A DNA stretch of 64,000 bases, taken from assembly GCA_963793265.1 (NCBI GenBank), contig CAWBZI010000006.1:192001-256000 (forward strand), read 5' to 3'. The DNA is from an uncultured cyanobacterium. Lineage in GTDB: Bacteria > Cyanobacteriota > Cyanobacteriia > Phormidesmidales > Phormidesmidaceae. The notes beneath the pieces were generated by a model. It had not been told where the DNA came from, did not search any database, and worked only from the letters and a program-made list of their open reading frames with translations. Shown piece after piece: positions 20,964-30,221 of the stretch; the first letter of the stretch is position 1, and every line of letters begins with the position of its first letter. The position numbers were made by a program, and so were the translations under genes.

Positions 20964-22622
20964 TTGATGTTTTCGTCTTCAAACACATCGCACAGCTCCG
21001 ATCTTTTGGTTGATCTTTTTAACCTTGCAACCCGCTTCAGCACAGGCGACGGCCTATTTAACGGCCGCTCGTACAGAGGATTGGTTTCAGGCGTTGTAAA
21101 CAGCTTCTCAGAAGTCATCAGAACATCGGACACCATCGACTTTAATAGCCTTTTCAACAGCGCTACAGATGCGTCACAAGTCACTTTGTCGAGCTACGCC
21201 TCGGCTATCACCGCTATCAAAAGCTATGTGTCCTCTACCATAGCGGCTCAGCAGGCTTTCACACCTTCCACTTTCGGCAATTTCTTCAGTATTCCAGACA
21301 ATGCTGCTGCATTTGCCACCGTCGGCACTGGTGGAGAGCGAATTGACAATGGTCGCAACTTTAGCGCCGGTCAGCTCAAGTGGAATCGTTCTGATAGCAG
21401 CGGCGCGACCCTAGTCACCTACGCTTTTGACAACGACTTTGGCATCAATGGTATCAGTACTGACCGTGCCAAAGTGCTATTTGCCGAAGCGCTACAGACC
21501 TGGGCAACCTATGCGCCCCTAAACTTTCAAGAAATTGAAGATCCGGGTTCTGGCAGCCAGGTTGATATCCTTGCGCAAAGTGAAGCCATTGACGGCCCCG
21601 GTAAAACGCTAGCCTTCGCCTTTTTCCCTACGGTGGGCGATATCACCTTCGACACAGACGAGAACTGGCGCGAGTCTAGCTTTCTAGAAACCACCGTTCA
21701 CGAAATCGGCCATTCTCTAGGTTTAGACCACGAGAACGATACGGATGCCATCATGAACTCGGTTTTAGGCAACCGCTTTGAAGGTAATGATGCGTTCTTA
21801 TTTGAAGATGATATCAATGGTATTCGCAGTCTGTATGGCGCTGGCACCGGTTCAGTAAGAACGCTCGCTGGCACCCCTGTATCAACGCCCTCGCCGCCGA
21901 CCCAGCAACCAGCGCCCACTAATCTCGTCACCAACGGCAGCTTTGAAGACGTTCCGCTTCAGATTGGCGAATCTAACACGTATAGCAGCATCAACGGCTG
22001 GTCTACTATTTCTGGTAACGGTTTCCAGGCAGATAGACGGCCTAATTTGGTCGGTAGCGCCGCAGACGGAACGGCTTGGGTAGAGCTAGATGCCCTGGGT
22101 ACTAACAGCACGATTGGTCAAAATATAGATACGGTCACAGGAGAGGTGTATAACGTTTCTGTAGACTTCAGCGACGGCGGCAGACCTGAGAGCACAACGT
22201 CTATTCGGGTGTTTTGGGAAGGGAACGCCATCGATACGATTAGCGGCGGCGGCAGAGGCCAGTGGCGACGGTTTAACTACGAGCTGAGGGGCGGCGATCG
22301 CAGCGTTAGCACCCTAGCGTTTCGCGCGATTGGCCCGGCTGATAATGTGGGTGGCTTTATTGACAACGTGGTGGTCACGGCTGCTAGAGAATCTTTGGTA
22401 GCAGCAGCTACAGAGGATTATGGCTTAAGCCTATCGTCTCAAATAGCCCACAGCCACGGGCCACTTTCGGGCGCTCACAGCCATGGCAGTCTCAGTCATG
22501 GTTGTAGCTGCCATGGTTGTCATAATCATGGAGATCACGACCACGGCGACCACAACCATTTCGTCGCGAGTCGCTCCCTCAGCACGCCTTTCCCTAGTTC
22601 ACCAGAGTCGTTCCTAACCTAA
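20964..22622 (+). CDS. Matrixin (M10) zinc metalloprotease with a DUF642/galactose-binding-like domain and His/Cys-rich tail
   Basis: DGPG.TLAFA, HEIGHSLGLDH, Met-turn AIMN, DDINGI.SLYG, a Pro/Thr linker, NLV.NGSFE...GGFIDNV and a His-rich C-terminus. Confidence 0.85.
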   Translation: MMFSSSNTSHSSDLLVDLFNLATRFSTGDGLFNGRSYRGLVSGVVNSFSEVIRTSDTIDFNSLFNSATDASQVTLSSYASAITAIKSYVSSTIAAQQAFTPSTFGNFFSIPDNAAAFATVGTGGERIDNGRNFSAGQLKWNRSDSSGATLVTYAFDNDFGINGISTDRAKVLFAEALQTWATYAPLNFQEIEDPGSGSQVDILAQSEAIDGPGKTLAFAFFPTVGDITFDTDENWRESSFLETTVHEIGHSLGLDHENDTDAIMNSVLGNRFEGNDAFLFEDDINGIRSLYGAGTGSVRTLAGTPVSTPSPPTQQPAPTNLVTNGSFEDVPLQIGESNTYSSINGWSTISGNGFQADRRPNLVGSAADGTAWVELDALGTNSTIGQNIDTVTGEVYNVSVDFSDGGRPESTTSIRVFWEGNAIDTISGGGRGQWRRFNYELRGGDRSVSTLAFRAIGPADNVGGFIDNVVVTAARESLVAAATEDYGLSLSSQIAHSHGPLSGAHSHGSLSHGCSCHGCHNHGDHDHGDHNHFVASRSLSTPFPSSPESFLT

Positions 22623-22675
22623 AGCAGGCTGAAACGCCTGTAAAATGACGGGGTGAATTCTCTTGAGTGCGCTTT

Positions 22676-23372
22676 ATGCCCACTGGCTCATCCCCATCGC
22701 AACCTCATCTGCGGCTATATCTAGACTCCGCCGATGTCGTTCAGCTAAAGACACTGGTTGCCCACGGGCCTTTTTTACGGCGTTACCTGCAATCCGCTAC
22801 TGCTCAAACGTGCGCGCGTTCAGTGCTCGCCTGAGGCGCTTAAGCATTTGGCTTTAAGCGCCTTTGAGATGGGCGCGCGTGAAGTGCATTTGCAGGCGTG
22901 GGGCCATTCAGTAGAAAGTCTTGTCGCTGTTGGCCAAACGCTCAGCGGTATTGACCCGCGCATTGTCGTGAAGCTCCCTGCGACTCAAGTCGGCACAACG
23001 GCGGCAAAGATGCTGATTGATTCTGGCATTCCAGTTACTTTAACGGCTGTTTACGCGGTGCATCAGGTTCTCGTTGCAGCAGCGATAGGCGCGAGCTATG
23101 CGGCTCCGTACTTGGGCCGCATTAATGATATGGGTCGTGAAGGTAGAGCTGATCTGGCGGCTATGCAGCGATCGCTCCACGCTGTCCGTAGCCAAACGCG
23201 ACTGCTCACCGCCAGCATTCGAGATATTGAAGATATTTCTGTGCTGGCTACGCATGGCGTTGATACGTTTACGTTTTCTGAGGCGATCGCTCAAGCATTC
23301 TTCAACGTCCCCGCTACAATTAAGGCCACCGAGGACTTTGAAAGCGCAGCCCTCAGCACCCTAGAACAGTAA
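22676..23372 (+). CDS. Transaldolase/fructose-6-phosphate aldolase family protein, with an apparent +1 frameshift near 22748
   Basis: The ATG 22676 frame gives LRLYLDSAD (catalytic Asp motif). After an extra A in CTAAAG the other frame gives HWLPTGLFYGVTCNP...VVKLP...TLTAVY...YAAPYLGR...ASIR. Confidence 0.8.
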
Positions 23373-23380
23373 ACAGTCTC

Positions 23381-23818
23381 ATGAGTAACGTTTACGAGCA
23401 ATCTGTTTTTATTCGAGCGACGGCCACTACCGTAGAACGCTGCTTTACCGAACAACAGCTTATGAACCAGTGGCTAAACCCAGCTTTAGCGTGCGAGCCC
23501 GTTGGCGGCTGGCGCACAGCTGTCGGCAGCGAGTTTGACTTTAAGCTAAAAGTGCCGTTACTTGCGCCGACGCTGCGGAGTACGGTTATTGAACGCCAGG
23601 CGGGGCTGATTGTATGGGGCTTTGATGGTTTTTTTAAAGGGAGCGATCGCTGGGAGTGCCAGCCGGAGGCTCAAGGAACCACCCTCCTCAATCGCTTTGA
23701 ATTTACCATTCCTAATCCACTGGTGAGCTTTGGCTTTAAGCAGTTTGCCGCAAGCTGGACAAAAAAAGATATGGAGAGTCAGCTACAAAGGCTTAAGCAA
23801 ATTGCAGAGAGACTTTAG
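23381..23818 (+). CDS. SRPBCC (START-like) family protein
   Basis: EQS..I.A....VE.C.T...LM..WLNP.L.C, W.F.GFF.G.DRWE, NRFEF.IPNP. Confidence 0.8.
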   Translation: MSNVYEQSVFIRATATTVERCFTEQQLMNQWLNPALACEPVGGWRTAVGSEFDFKLKVPLLAPTLRSTVIERQAGLIVWGFDGFFKGSDRWECQPEAQGTTLLNRFEFTIPNPLVSFGFKQFAASWTKKDMESQLQRLKQIAERL

Positions 23819-23842
23819 GGCTTCTTTAGAGCCTGTAGACAT

Positions 23843-23880
23843 AAAAAAAGCCAGTACGCGAAGGTAAACGCATACTGGCT
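23843..23880 (-). terminator. Rho-independent terminator between convergent genes
   Basis: Stem AGCCAGTA/TACTGGCT with a 7-A run on the + side (U-tract on the minus strand). Confidence 0.65.
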
Positions 23881-23906
23881 GGAAATTCACGCGATCGCTC
23901 CAATCT

Positions 23907-24701
23907 CTACCAAAGATCGACGCGAGGGCCACCCCGATAAGTCCATCTAGCCGGTGACCCAGGACGCAAATCTAAGTGAACAAAGCCGCTGCCCACAGCT
24001 AGCCCGCCTCGGGGATGGTAGCTTTTGAGCTTGTAAAAGACATCTACCAAGTCCAAACCTTCTACCCAAAAGTCCACAGCATCTCCATACATATGTCTGG
24101 AGTCGCGCGCGCCGCCCACATAGCGGTTACTAACGGGGTCGCGGTAGCCAGAGGTAATTCTGATAGGCCGATTGCCCAAGAAAGCGCGCACTTCATCCAT
24201 GTACTTAGCAAGCCTGACGATACGCTGCGTCACGGTAGCACTGACAGGAATGCGCGAGCCGCCTTTTGTAAATTCGGCCCAGGTAAAGTTAGAGACACTT
24301 GGCTCAAAGTAGATCGGCTCGTAAATGCCCACAGGTCGGCTAATGCCTGGAATCGAAATTGTCGGCCCAAAGTCCTGCACTTTTTGCGGCTTAGGAATAT
24401 CAGGCTCAGGGGGATCTTGTTTAGGGTTATTGTCAGGCTCAGTGCCTTCAACTTTGGCGTGTAGCCCGTATAAAAACCAGCGAATGCCCTGAGAGCCCGC
24501 CATCGGTTTTTCTAGCTGAACAAACACATGATCGTCTGCTTCGCTATTTTTTTCACCTTCGTAAGGAAGATGATCGACAATCTCTAATGTGGTGCCCGCT
24601 TTAACCGTTACAAGCTGCTCGGGTATTTTTTTGTCCTTAAGCTTATTGGCCTGAGTAGGCAGCGCTTTTAGGAATGTATCGGTGGTAATGACGACCTTCA
24701 T
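23907..24701 (-). CDS. Peptidase M15A (D-Ala-D-Ala carboxypeptidase-type) protein
   Basis: NFTW.E.T, ITSGYR.P..N..VGGA..SRHM.GDAVD, GFVHLDLR. Confidence 0.88.
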   Translation of the reverse strand: MKVVITTDTFLKALPTQANKLKDKKIPEQLVTVKAGTTLEIVDHLPYEGEKNSEADDHVFVQLEKPMAGSQGIRWFLYGLHAKVEGTEPDNNPKQDPPEPDIPKPQKVQDFGPTISIPGISRPVGIYEPIYFEPSVSNFTWAEFTKGGSRIPVSATVTQRIVRLAKYMDEVRAFLGNRPIRITSGYRDPVSNRYVGGARDSRHMYGDAVDFWVEGLDLVDVFYKLKSYHPRGGLAVGSGFVHLDLRPGSPARWTYRGGPRVDLW

Positions 24702-24944
24702 AGTGCTCTTAAGATAGTGCTCTTGATGTGCTGAGGGAAGAAAAGAACTGGGGAACTAGACTGTTCTGATGTACATACAATTATGCCCATTACTGCCGCT
24801 TACCCGCAGGTAACAGTCGTGTTTACTCTACGGGCTGATACAGCAGTATCGGTTCCTCATCCGGCAAAATTCAGCCTAAATTAAGCAAAGAGTTGTTGCA
24901 ATATATTGCAGACAAATTCAGTCATTATCTATCACACTTCTATC

Positions 24945-24989
24945 GCGCTATGCGCAGGGGCGTAAGGCTTTGTGCCCTCCGCATAGCGC
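24945..24989. repeat. REP-like palindrome (copy 1)
   Basis: GCGCTATGCG...AGGGGC.../GTGCCCT...CGCATAGCGC; the core matches the copy at 57904-57930. Confidence 0.55.
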
Positions 24990-25681
24990 TACCACGGCAA
25001 AACTTCACCATTGGAATGCCAAAATGTACCCGTTGTCTCTAAGGTCAGCTCGTCAATTCTGGCAAGCAGTCCTTTCACTGATTCTTCAGGCGAGATACCG
25101 CTGCTATTAAAGTTCGTCATACCCGTGCTCACCAGCCCAGGGTGAAGAACAGCAACAGCGATCTTTTTAGATTTCAAGTCATGAGAAAGTGACTTCCCTG
25201 CCATTGAAACCGCTGTTTTTGACATGCGGTAGGCATACGAGCCGCCCGAAGTGTTGTCTTCAATCGAACCCATACGACTGGTCATAATGGCGACTTTAGC
25301 GCCGCCAGATAGCGTTGAGTGCTCTAAATTAGGCAGCAGGGCTTTTGTGAGTTTTAAAGGGGCGATCGCATTCACTTCAAACAGCGCTCGAATGCCCTCA
25401 ACGTTCAAATCATCTAAGCTCGACCGCTGATAGATCCCGGCGTTATTAATCAATACGTCTATCGGCTGCTGATCGAGATTTTTGACCAGGGAGGCGATCG
25501 CCCCATCGTCACTCACGTCAATCCCGCTTTCTACGCGTACACCGGCTGATTTTGAGAGCGCGTCTAGCTCATCAGAGCTTTGCCGACAGACCGCGATCGC
25601 CTCATCGCCGCGCGCCTGAAGCTGCTTACAGTACTCATAGCCAATCCCACGATTAGCACCAGTCACTAAGTAAGTTGCCAT
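24989..25681 (-). CDS. SDR family oxidoreductase (CsgA-like)
   Basis: TGANRGIG, INNAG, TSRMGS, YRMSK, HPG.V.T.M. Confidence 0.92.
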   Translation of the reverse strand: MATYLVTGANRGIGYEYCKQLQARGDEAIAVCRQSSDELDALSKSAGVRVESGIDVSDDGAIASLVKNLDQQPIDVLINNAGIYQRSSLDDLNVEGIRALFEVNAIAPLKLTKALLPNLEHSTLSGGAKVAIMTSRMGSIEDNTSGGSYAYRMSKTAVSMAGKSLSHDLKSKKIAVAVLHPGLVSTGMTNFNSSGISPEESVKGLLARIDELTLETTGTFWHSNGEVLPW

Positions 25682-25737
25682 TTATTTGCCTTCGCTTGTC
25701 TTCGTAAACTGCCACTGAATTCTACTCAACTTAAGGC

Positions 25738-26166
25738 TTATTCGATGGAGACAAGCTCTAGCTCAAACGTCAAATCCTGCCCGGCCAGCGGATGATTGCC
25801 ATCGAGGGTCACCATGTCGCCCTTAATATCAGTAATCGTCACAGCCATCGCCTCTCCATTCGGCACCTGCATCTCTAGCCTTTGGCCCACCTCTAGCTCA
25901 AAGTCAGCCGGTATATTTTGCTTTTCAATATCGGCAACCATGTCTTCGCGGTAGGGGCCATAGGCTTCGTCTACCGGAATCGTAGCTGTGACCGTCTCGC
26001 CAGGCGTAAGGCCGGTTACAGCCGCATCAAAACCAGGGATGACCATACCCGATCCCAGTTTAAACTCCAGCGGCGCACGGCTTTTAGAGGAGTCGAAAAC
26101 CTGGCCGTTGTTCAGTTTGCCGGTGTAATGAACTTTAACGGTGTCGCCTGATTTTGAGTGAACCAT
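25738..26166 (-). CDS. FKBP-type peptidyl-prolyl isomerase (SlyD/FkpB-like)
   Basis: VHYTGKL..G.VFDSS, PL.F.LG.G.VIPGF, AYG, LDGNHPLAG..L.F. Confidence 0.93.
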   Translation of the reverse strand: MVHSKSGDTVKVHYTGKLNNGQVFDSSKSRAPLEFKLGSGMVIPGFDAAVTGLTPGETVTATIPVDEAYGPYREDMVADIEKQNIPADFELEVGQRLEMQVPNGEAMAVTITDIKGDMVTLDGNHPLAGQDLTFELELVSIE

Positions 26167-26236
26167 AGTGAAAAACTAAAATCGATAGGGCAATGAAGAT
26201 CAAACGCTTTTAGAGTGAGCTGAGCGCTTTAGTATT

Positions 26237-26420
26237 GCTAGAAAGTTTAGACGGTTTTGACTACTCCTCCGACTGAAGTACGGAGGATTCCCCGGCTCGC
26301 GCATGGGGGTTTCTGCTTCAAAGCAACCGCCTTCAAAAGCTAGGCTCTATCGGGTCTTACGCTCGCTCCACAGACTAACACCGCACGCCCTGCGGCTAAT
26401 ACATTTATTGCTGCATTGAC
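26237..26420 (-). ncRNA. Predicted TnpB omega/reRNA (right-end scaffold plus flanking guide); 5' boundary uncertain
   Basis: Inferred from established TnpB biology. The right-end motif GAAGCAGAAAC...GGGAATCC...hairpin...TCAA is followed by the flank AACCGTCTAAACTTTCTAGC. Confidence 0.55.
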
Positions 26421-27612
26421 ATCCCTATCATGCTGACTACCGCAACTAGGACAAACCCATTCACGGATACTCAACGGCAGCTTTTCAACCGCGTGACCGC
26501 AAGAATTACAGCGCTTGGAGCTAGGGAACCAGCGGTCAATCTTGACCAGCTTGCGCCCGTACCATTCGCACTTATATTCGAGCTGCCTTACTAACTCACC
26601 CCAGCTAGCATCACTGATAGCCTGAGCGAGCGTATGGTTTTTCACCATGTTCTTCACAGCCAAGTCCTCGACGGCAATCAGTTGGTTTTCCCTGACCAAT
26701 CGAGTCGTCAGCTTGTGAAGCCTATCTTTTCGAGCATCGGCAATCTCAGCATGGACGCTCGCAACGCGCACTCTTGCTTTGTGCCGATTGTTAGAGCCTT
26801 TTACTTTGCGGCTAAGCGCCTTGTGCACTTTCTTCAGCTTGCGATACTTAGTCTTATACCCTTTCGGGTTTGCGACCTTTTCGCCGTCACTGAGCGTCAG
26901 CAGTGCGCTGATACCCAAGTCAACGCCTACCTGTTTTTCAACAGGCGGCAATGGCTCAATGTCAACGTCTACCAGCAGCGAGAGCGTCCATCTACCCGCA
27001 GGCGAAAGCTTCACCGTTACCGTAGACGGCGCAGCGCCAGCAGGCAGCAATCGGCTCCACCGAACCGGCAGCGGCGTAGCGCACTTAGCCAAAAACACTT
27101 GGCCCTCTGTGTACTTGAATGCCGACTTGGTGAACTCAGCGCTGCCGCCATGCCGCTTCTTTTTGAAGTTCGGATACTCAGCCCGCCCTGCCCAGAAGTT
27201 GCTAAACGCTTTTTGCAAATGGCGTAAGCCTTGCTGCAAAGGAACGCAGCTCACTTCATTCAAGAAGCTCAGCGGCTTTTCCTTCTTCCAACTTGTGAGC
27301 ATCGCAGAGCTTTCTTTGTACCCAATACGCTTTTGCCTCTCGTACCATGCTCTCGTCCTTTCGGCCAACGCTTTGTTATAGACCAAACGAGTGCAGCCCA
27401 ACGTTCTACGAAGCAAGCTTTCTTGCTCAGCAGTCGGATAAAAGCGGTACTTGAAGGCTTTTAGGCTCATGCTCACATTATAACATTCAGATTGTGAGGG
27501 GGTTAGGCTAAGTGGCTATGCATTCTGGATGTTCGCTAATGCTCACCTGAGAGATCGGCTATCCCTCCCCGTGCTAAAAGCACCGGGTTTCTCGACTTTC
27601 TCTCAGACTCTC
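26257..27612 (-). mobile_element. IS200/IS605-family element, tnpB only (IS1341-type); left boundary approximate
   Basis: The right end on the minus strand reads ...GAAT-CCTCCGTAC TTCA GTCGGAGG-AGTAG-TCAA, ending at 26257. The left-end hairpin CCCGGTGC TTTTA GCACGGGG lies at 27567-27587. No tnpA is present. Confidence 0.85.
26340..27470 (-). CDS. tnpB: RNA-guided endonuclease TnpB
   Basis: N-terminal KAFKYRFYPT.EQ...GC.R.VYN, RuvC-I VGVDLG, RuvC-II IAVEDL, zinc finger CNSC/CPSC and RuvC-III HDRDVNAA.N. A TATAAT lies just upstream of the ATG. Confidence 0.95.
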   Translation of the reverse strand: MSLKAFKYRFYPTAEQESLLRRTLGCTRLVYNKALAERTRAWYERQKRIGYKESSAMLTSWKKEKPLSFLNEVSCVPLQQGLRHLQKAFSNFWAGRAEYPNFKKKRHGGSAEFTKSAFKYTEGQVFLAKCATPLPVRWSRLLPAGAAPSTVTVKLSPAGRWTLSLLVDVDIEPLPPVEKQVGVDLGISALLTLSDGEKVANPKGYKTKYRKLKKVHKALSRKVKGSNNRHKARVRVASVHAEIADARKDRLHKLTTRLVRENQLIAVEDLAVKNMVKNHTLAQAISDASWGELVRQLEYKCEWYGRKLVKIDRWFPSSKRCNSCGHAVEKLPLSIREWVCPSCGSQHDRDVNAAINVLAAGRAVLVCGASVRPDRA

Positions 27613-28165
27613 TTAAACTTCGATGAGGCAATCAGGGGTGTGATCGCTAGGCCACTTCCCACTAGGGCTTTCAAAATACTGTATTTCTTGATACAATGTA
27701 TGAACATAGCGCCTGCAAAATAAGCTATTTGATGAGCTATCTAGTAAAGACAGAGTAGTCTTCAACCCTCTAAATTTTGGAAGCCAGCTTGAAATATCCA
27801 GCCTGGGAACCATCTTTAATGACCACCATCGCCTGACTGAAGTAGCTTCTTATAAGAGACTTTAGTCCAAGGCTTTTAAGCAGTAGAGTGCATAGCTTGT
27901 AGCGAGTGCTGAGTTTTGTTTTTTCCATTGATTCTAAGTGTCTTATCGTCGTCCTGACAATCTCACAAACACCCTTTCAAATAATCTATTAGTTCGCGCA
28001 ACTGGCATCGTAATACTAATCGTTATTGTCTACGGTCTAAAGCTGACAACAGACAACAAAAAATCTGATCACACCATTCTTTCTCGCGCTTCTATCGCAC
28101 AGCTAAATACACGACTAAAGCGAAGTAGCATAGGCTTGCATTAGTCTTTCGCAAAGGTCGGTGAC

Positions 28166-30178
28166 ATGAAGGTGCAAATCAAACCCTGGCAGATCGCAGT
28201 GCTGATAGCGCCGGTTGCAGCCATTGTAGTGTTTCTACTCATCGCTGCCGGTCAGCAGATTCGAGCGTGGGGCATTAACTGGATTTGGGCCGTTGTCATC
28301 TTTGTGCTGCTTGGGTGGCGCTGGCTGCTGGTTCGCTGGACAAGTCCAGCCATGGCCCAGGCGGAAGCGCTAGTGTCTGAAGTCACGGCTGAACTAGAAG
28401 TCGCTGCCACCGAAGCAGAAGCAGTGTATCAGGCTCAAGGAGACAGCGGCGCGCAGGCAGAAGCTGCTTTAGAAAATATCTTACGAAGCGCGCAGGACGA
28501 TCCGCCGGTTTGGGATGACTGGTCGCTGTTTTGGCAGCGCTGTTTGGCGCTAGTAAGAGCCATTTCTCAGGCTTATCATCCTGAAGTGAAGCGTCCGCTG
28601 CTGAGTATCTATGTGCCAGAAGCCTACGGCCTAATTAGAGGCACCGTAGATGATACCGATCGGATGATGCAAAAGCTTTCTCCGGTACTCAGTCAGGTTT
28701 CGATTGGGCAAATGGTAGAGGGTGTTGAGGTATATCGAAAGCTAGAGCCATCGGCTAAAAAGGTAATTAAGGCTTTTAACTGGGCGCAGTGGGCCTTGAA
28801 CCCGGCGGCGGCGATCGCTCGCCAGACCAGCTCTAAATATAGCGATCGCGCCAACCAGCAGATCTTACTCAACCTCAGCAACCTGCTCCGTGAAAGTGCC
28901 CTGCGCAATCTCGCCCAGCAGGCAGTCGCGCTGTACGGGGGCGGTGCTAAAGTCGCCTTCGAGAACATTTCGACGCAGACGACAGCGGCCATAGCCGAAG
29001 CTAAAACCCAAACGCTCAAAGAGATTTTAGAGCGCGCTGAGCCCGCTGAAGCGGTTGAACAAAAGCCCGTCAGCATTCTATTAGTCGGTCGTACAGGTGC
29101 AGGCAAGAGCAGTCTTATTAATACATTATTTCAGGCGAACAGAGCGGCAGTTGATGTGCTCCCGAGTACCGACAGAATTCAGAGCTATCAGTGGCAGCTT
29201 CCCGGACGACTTGCCACTGGACTTCCTACCACTGGACTTCCTAATGGTGATGCCCCTCGTGAAGCCTTAACACTGTGGGATACGCCAGGCTACGAACAAG
29301 TAAAGCGCGACGATTTGAGGGCTCAGGTCATTGACTATGCCAGCGAAGCCGATCTGCTGCTGCTAGTAACCCCTGCTCTAGACCCGGCCCTGCGGGTAGA
29401 CGCCGATTTCCTCAGAGAGATACGTCAGGAAATCGACGATGTGCCTATCATCGCAGCCGTGAGCCAGGTAGATAGGCTGCGACCTATTCGCGAATGGAGT
29501 CCGCCTTACCACTGGCGCACCGGGTCTTGGCCTAAAGAAACGTCTATTCGAGAAGCCGTAAACTATCGCGCAGAGCAGCTAGGTGAGTTTTGTGAGCAGG
29601 TGTTGCCGATTGTGACGCAAGATGCTCAAAACAGCGGCCAGAAGGGGAAAGAAAGGGCCGCTTGGGGAGATGATGAGCTGTCGGCGGCTTTGATGAGTGC
29701 GATCGCCCCAGCAAAGCAGCTTCGCCTGGCCCGGTTCTTTCGCAGCCGCAGCGCCCGCACAGCTGCTGCTGCTAAAATCATCGACCGCTACACCTTTCAA
29801 ATGACCACGACTGAAGGGCTTGCCAAGCTCTTAAAAAGCCCGATCTTACAGTTCATCTCCACAATGACAACCGGAACGCCTGCGCTGGGCGCGCTACTCA
29901 CTGAAAAAATTCCAGTTGAAGACGTGCCGATTGTGCTGGGTAAATTGCAAATGGCCTACGAACTGTTTTCTCTATTGAGTGAAGAAAGCGGTTGGAAGGC
30001 AACCGGCACAGCTAGTTTCGATTTGTTAGCGCTGTGGCCGCTGTTGCTCAGGAATAGTGATCGCGCTGCCGATAAGCAGGCATGGGCACTAGGCCAAGCG
30101 CTGGTTGAATATTGGAGTCAAAATATTCCGATTGATCAGGTAGAAGACAGAATTGTCTTTTACTTAAATAATCCGTAG
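28166..30178 (+). CDS. Membrane-anchored GTPase (MMR_HSR1/Era-like domain)
   Basis: Two N-terminal transmembrane segments, G1 GRTGAGKSS, G3 WDTPG and G4-like SQVD. Confidence 0.85.
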   Translation: MKVQIKPWQIAVLIAPVAAIVVFLLIAAGQQIRAWGINWIWAVVIFVLLGWRWLLVRWTSPAMAQAEALVSEVTAELEVAATEAEAVYQAQGDSGAQAEAALENILRSAQDDPPVWDDWSLFWQRCLALVRAISQAYHPEVKRPLLSIYVPEAYGLIRGTVDDTDRMMQKLSPVLSQVSIGQMVEGVEVYRKLEPSAKKVIKAFNWAQWALNPAAAIARQTSSKYSDRANQQILLNLSNLLRESALRNLAQQAVALYGGGAKVAFENISTQTTAAIAEAKTQTLKEILERAEPAEAVEQKPVSILLVGRTGAGKSSLINTLFQANRAAVDVLPSTDRIQSYQWQLPGRLATGLPTTGLPNGDAPREALTLWDTPGYEQVKRDDLRAQVIDYASEADLLLLVTPALDPALRVDADFLREIRQEIDDVPIIAAVSQVDRLRPIREWSPPYHWRTGSWPKETSIREAVNYRAEQLGEFCEQVLPIVTQDAQNSGQKGKERAAWGDDELSAALMSAIAPAKQLRLARFFRSRSARTAAAAKIIDRYTFQMTTTEGLAKLLKSPILQFISTMTTGTPALGALLTEKIPVEDVPIVLGKLQMAYELFSLLSEESGWKATGTASFDLLALWPLLLRNSDRAADKQAWALGQALVEYWSQNIPIDQVEDRIVFYLNNP

Positions 30179-30221
30179 CGCTGGCGTGGAAAATCAACAG
30201 CTTTCCTTTCAAAAAGACAAA

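Noticed and set aside
26634..27464. Long + strand ORFs (197 and 200 aa) inside the IS as a possible tnpA
   Set aside because: They are antisense shadows of tnpB and lack the HUH/Tyr Y1-transposase motif pattern.
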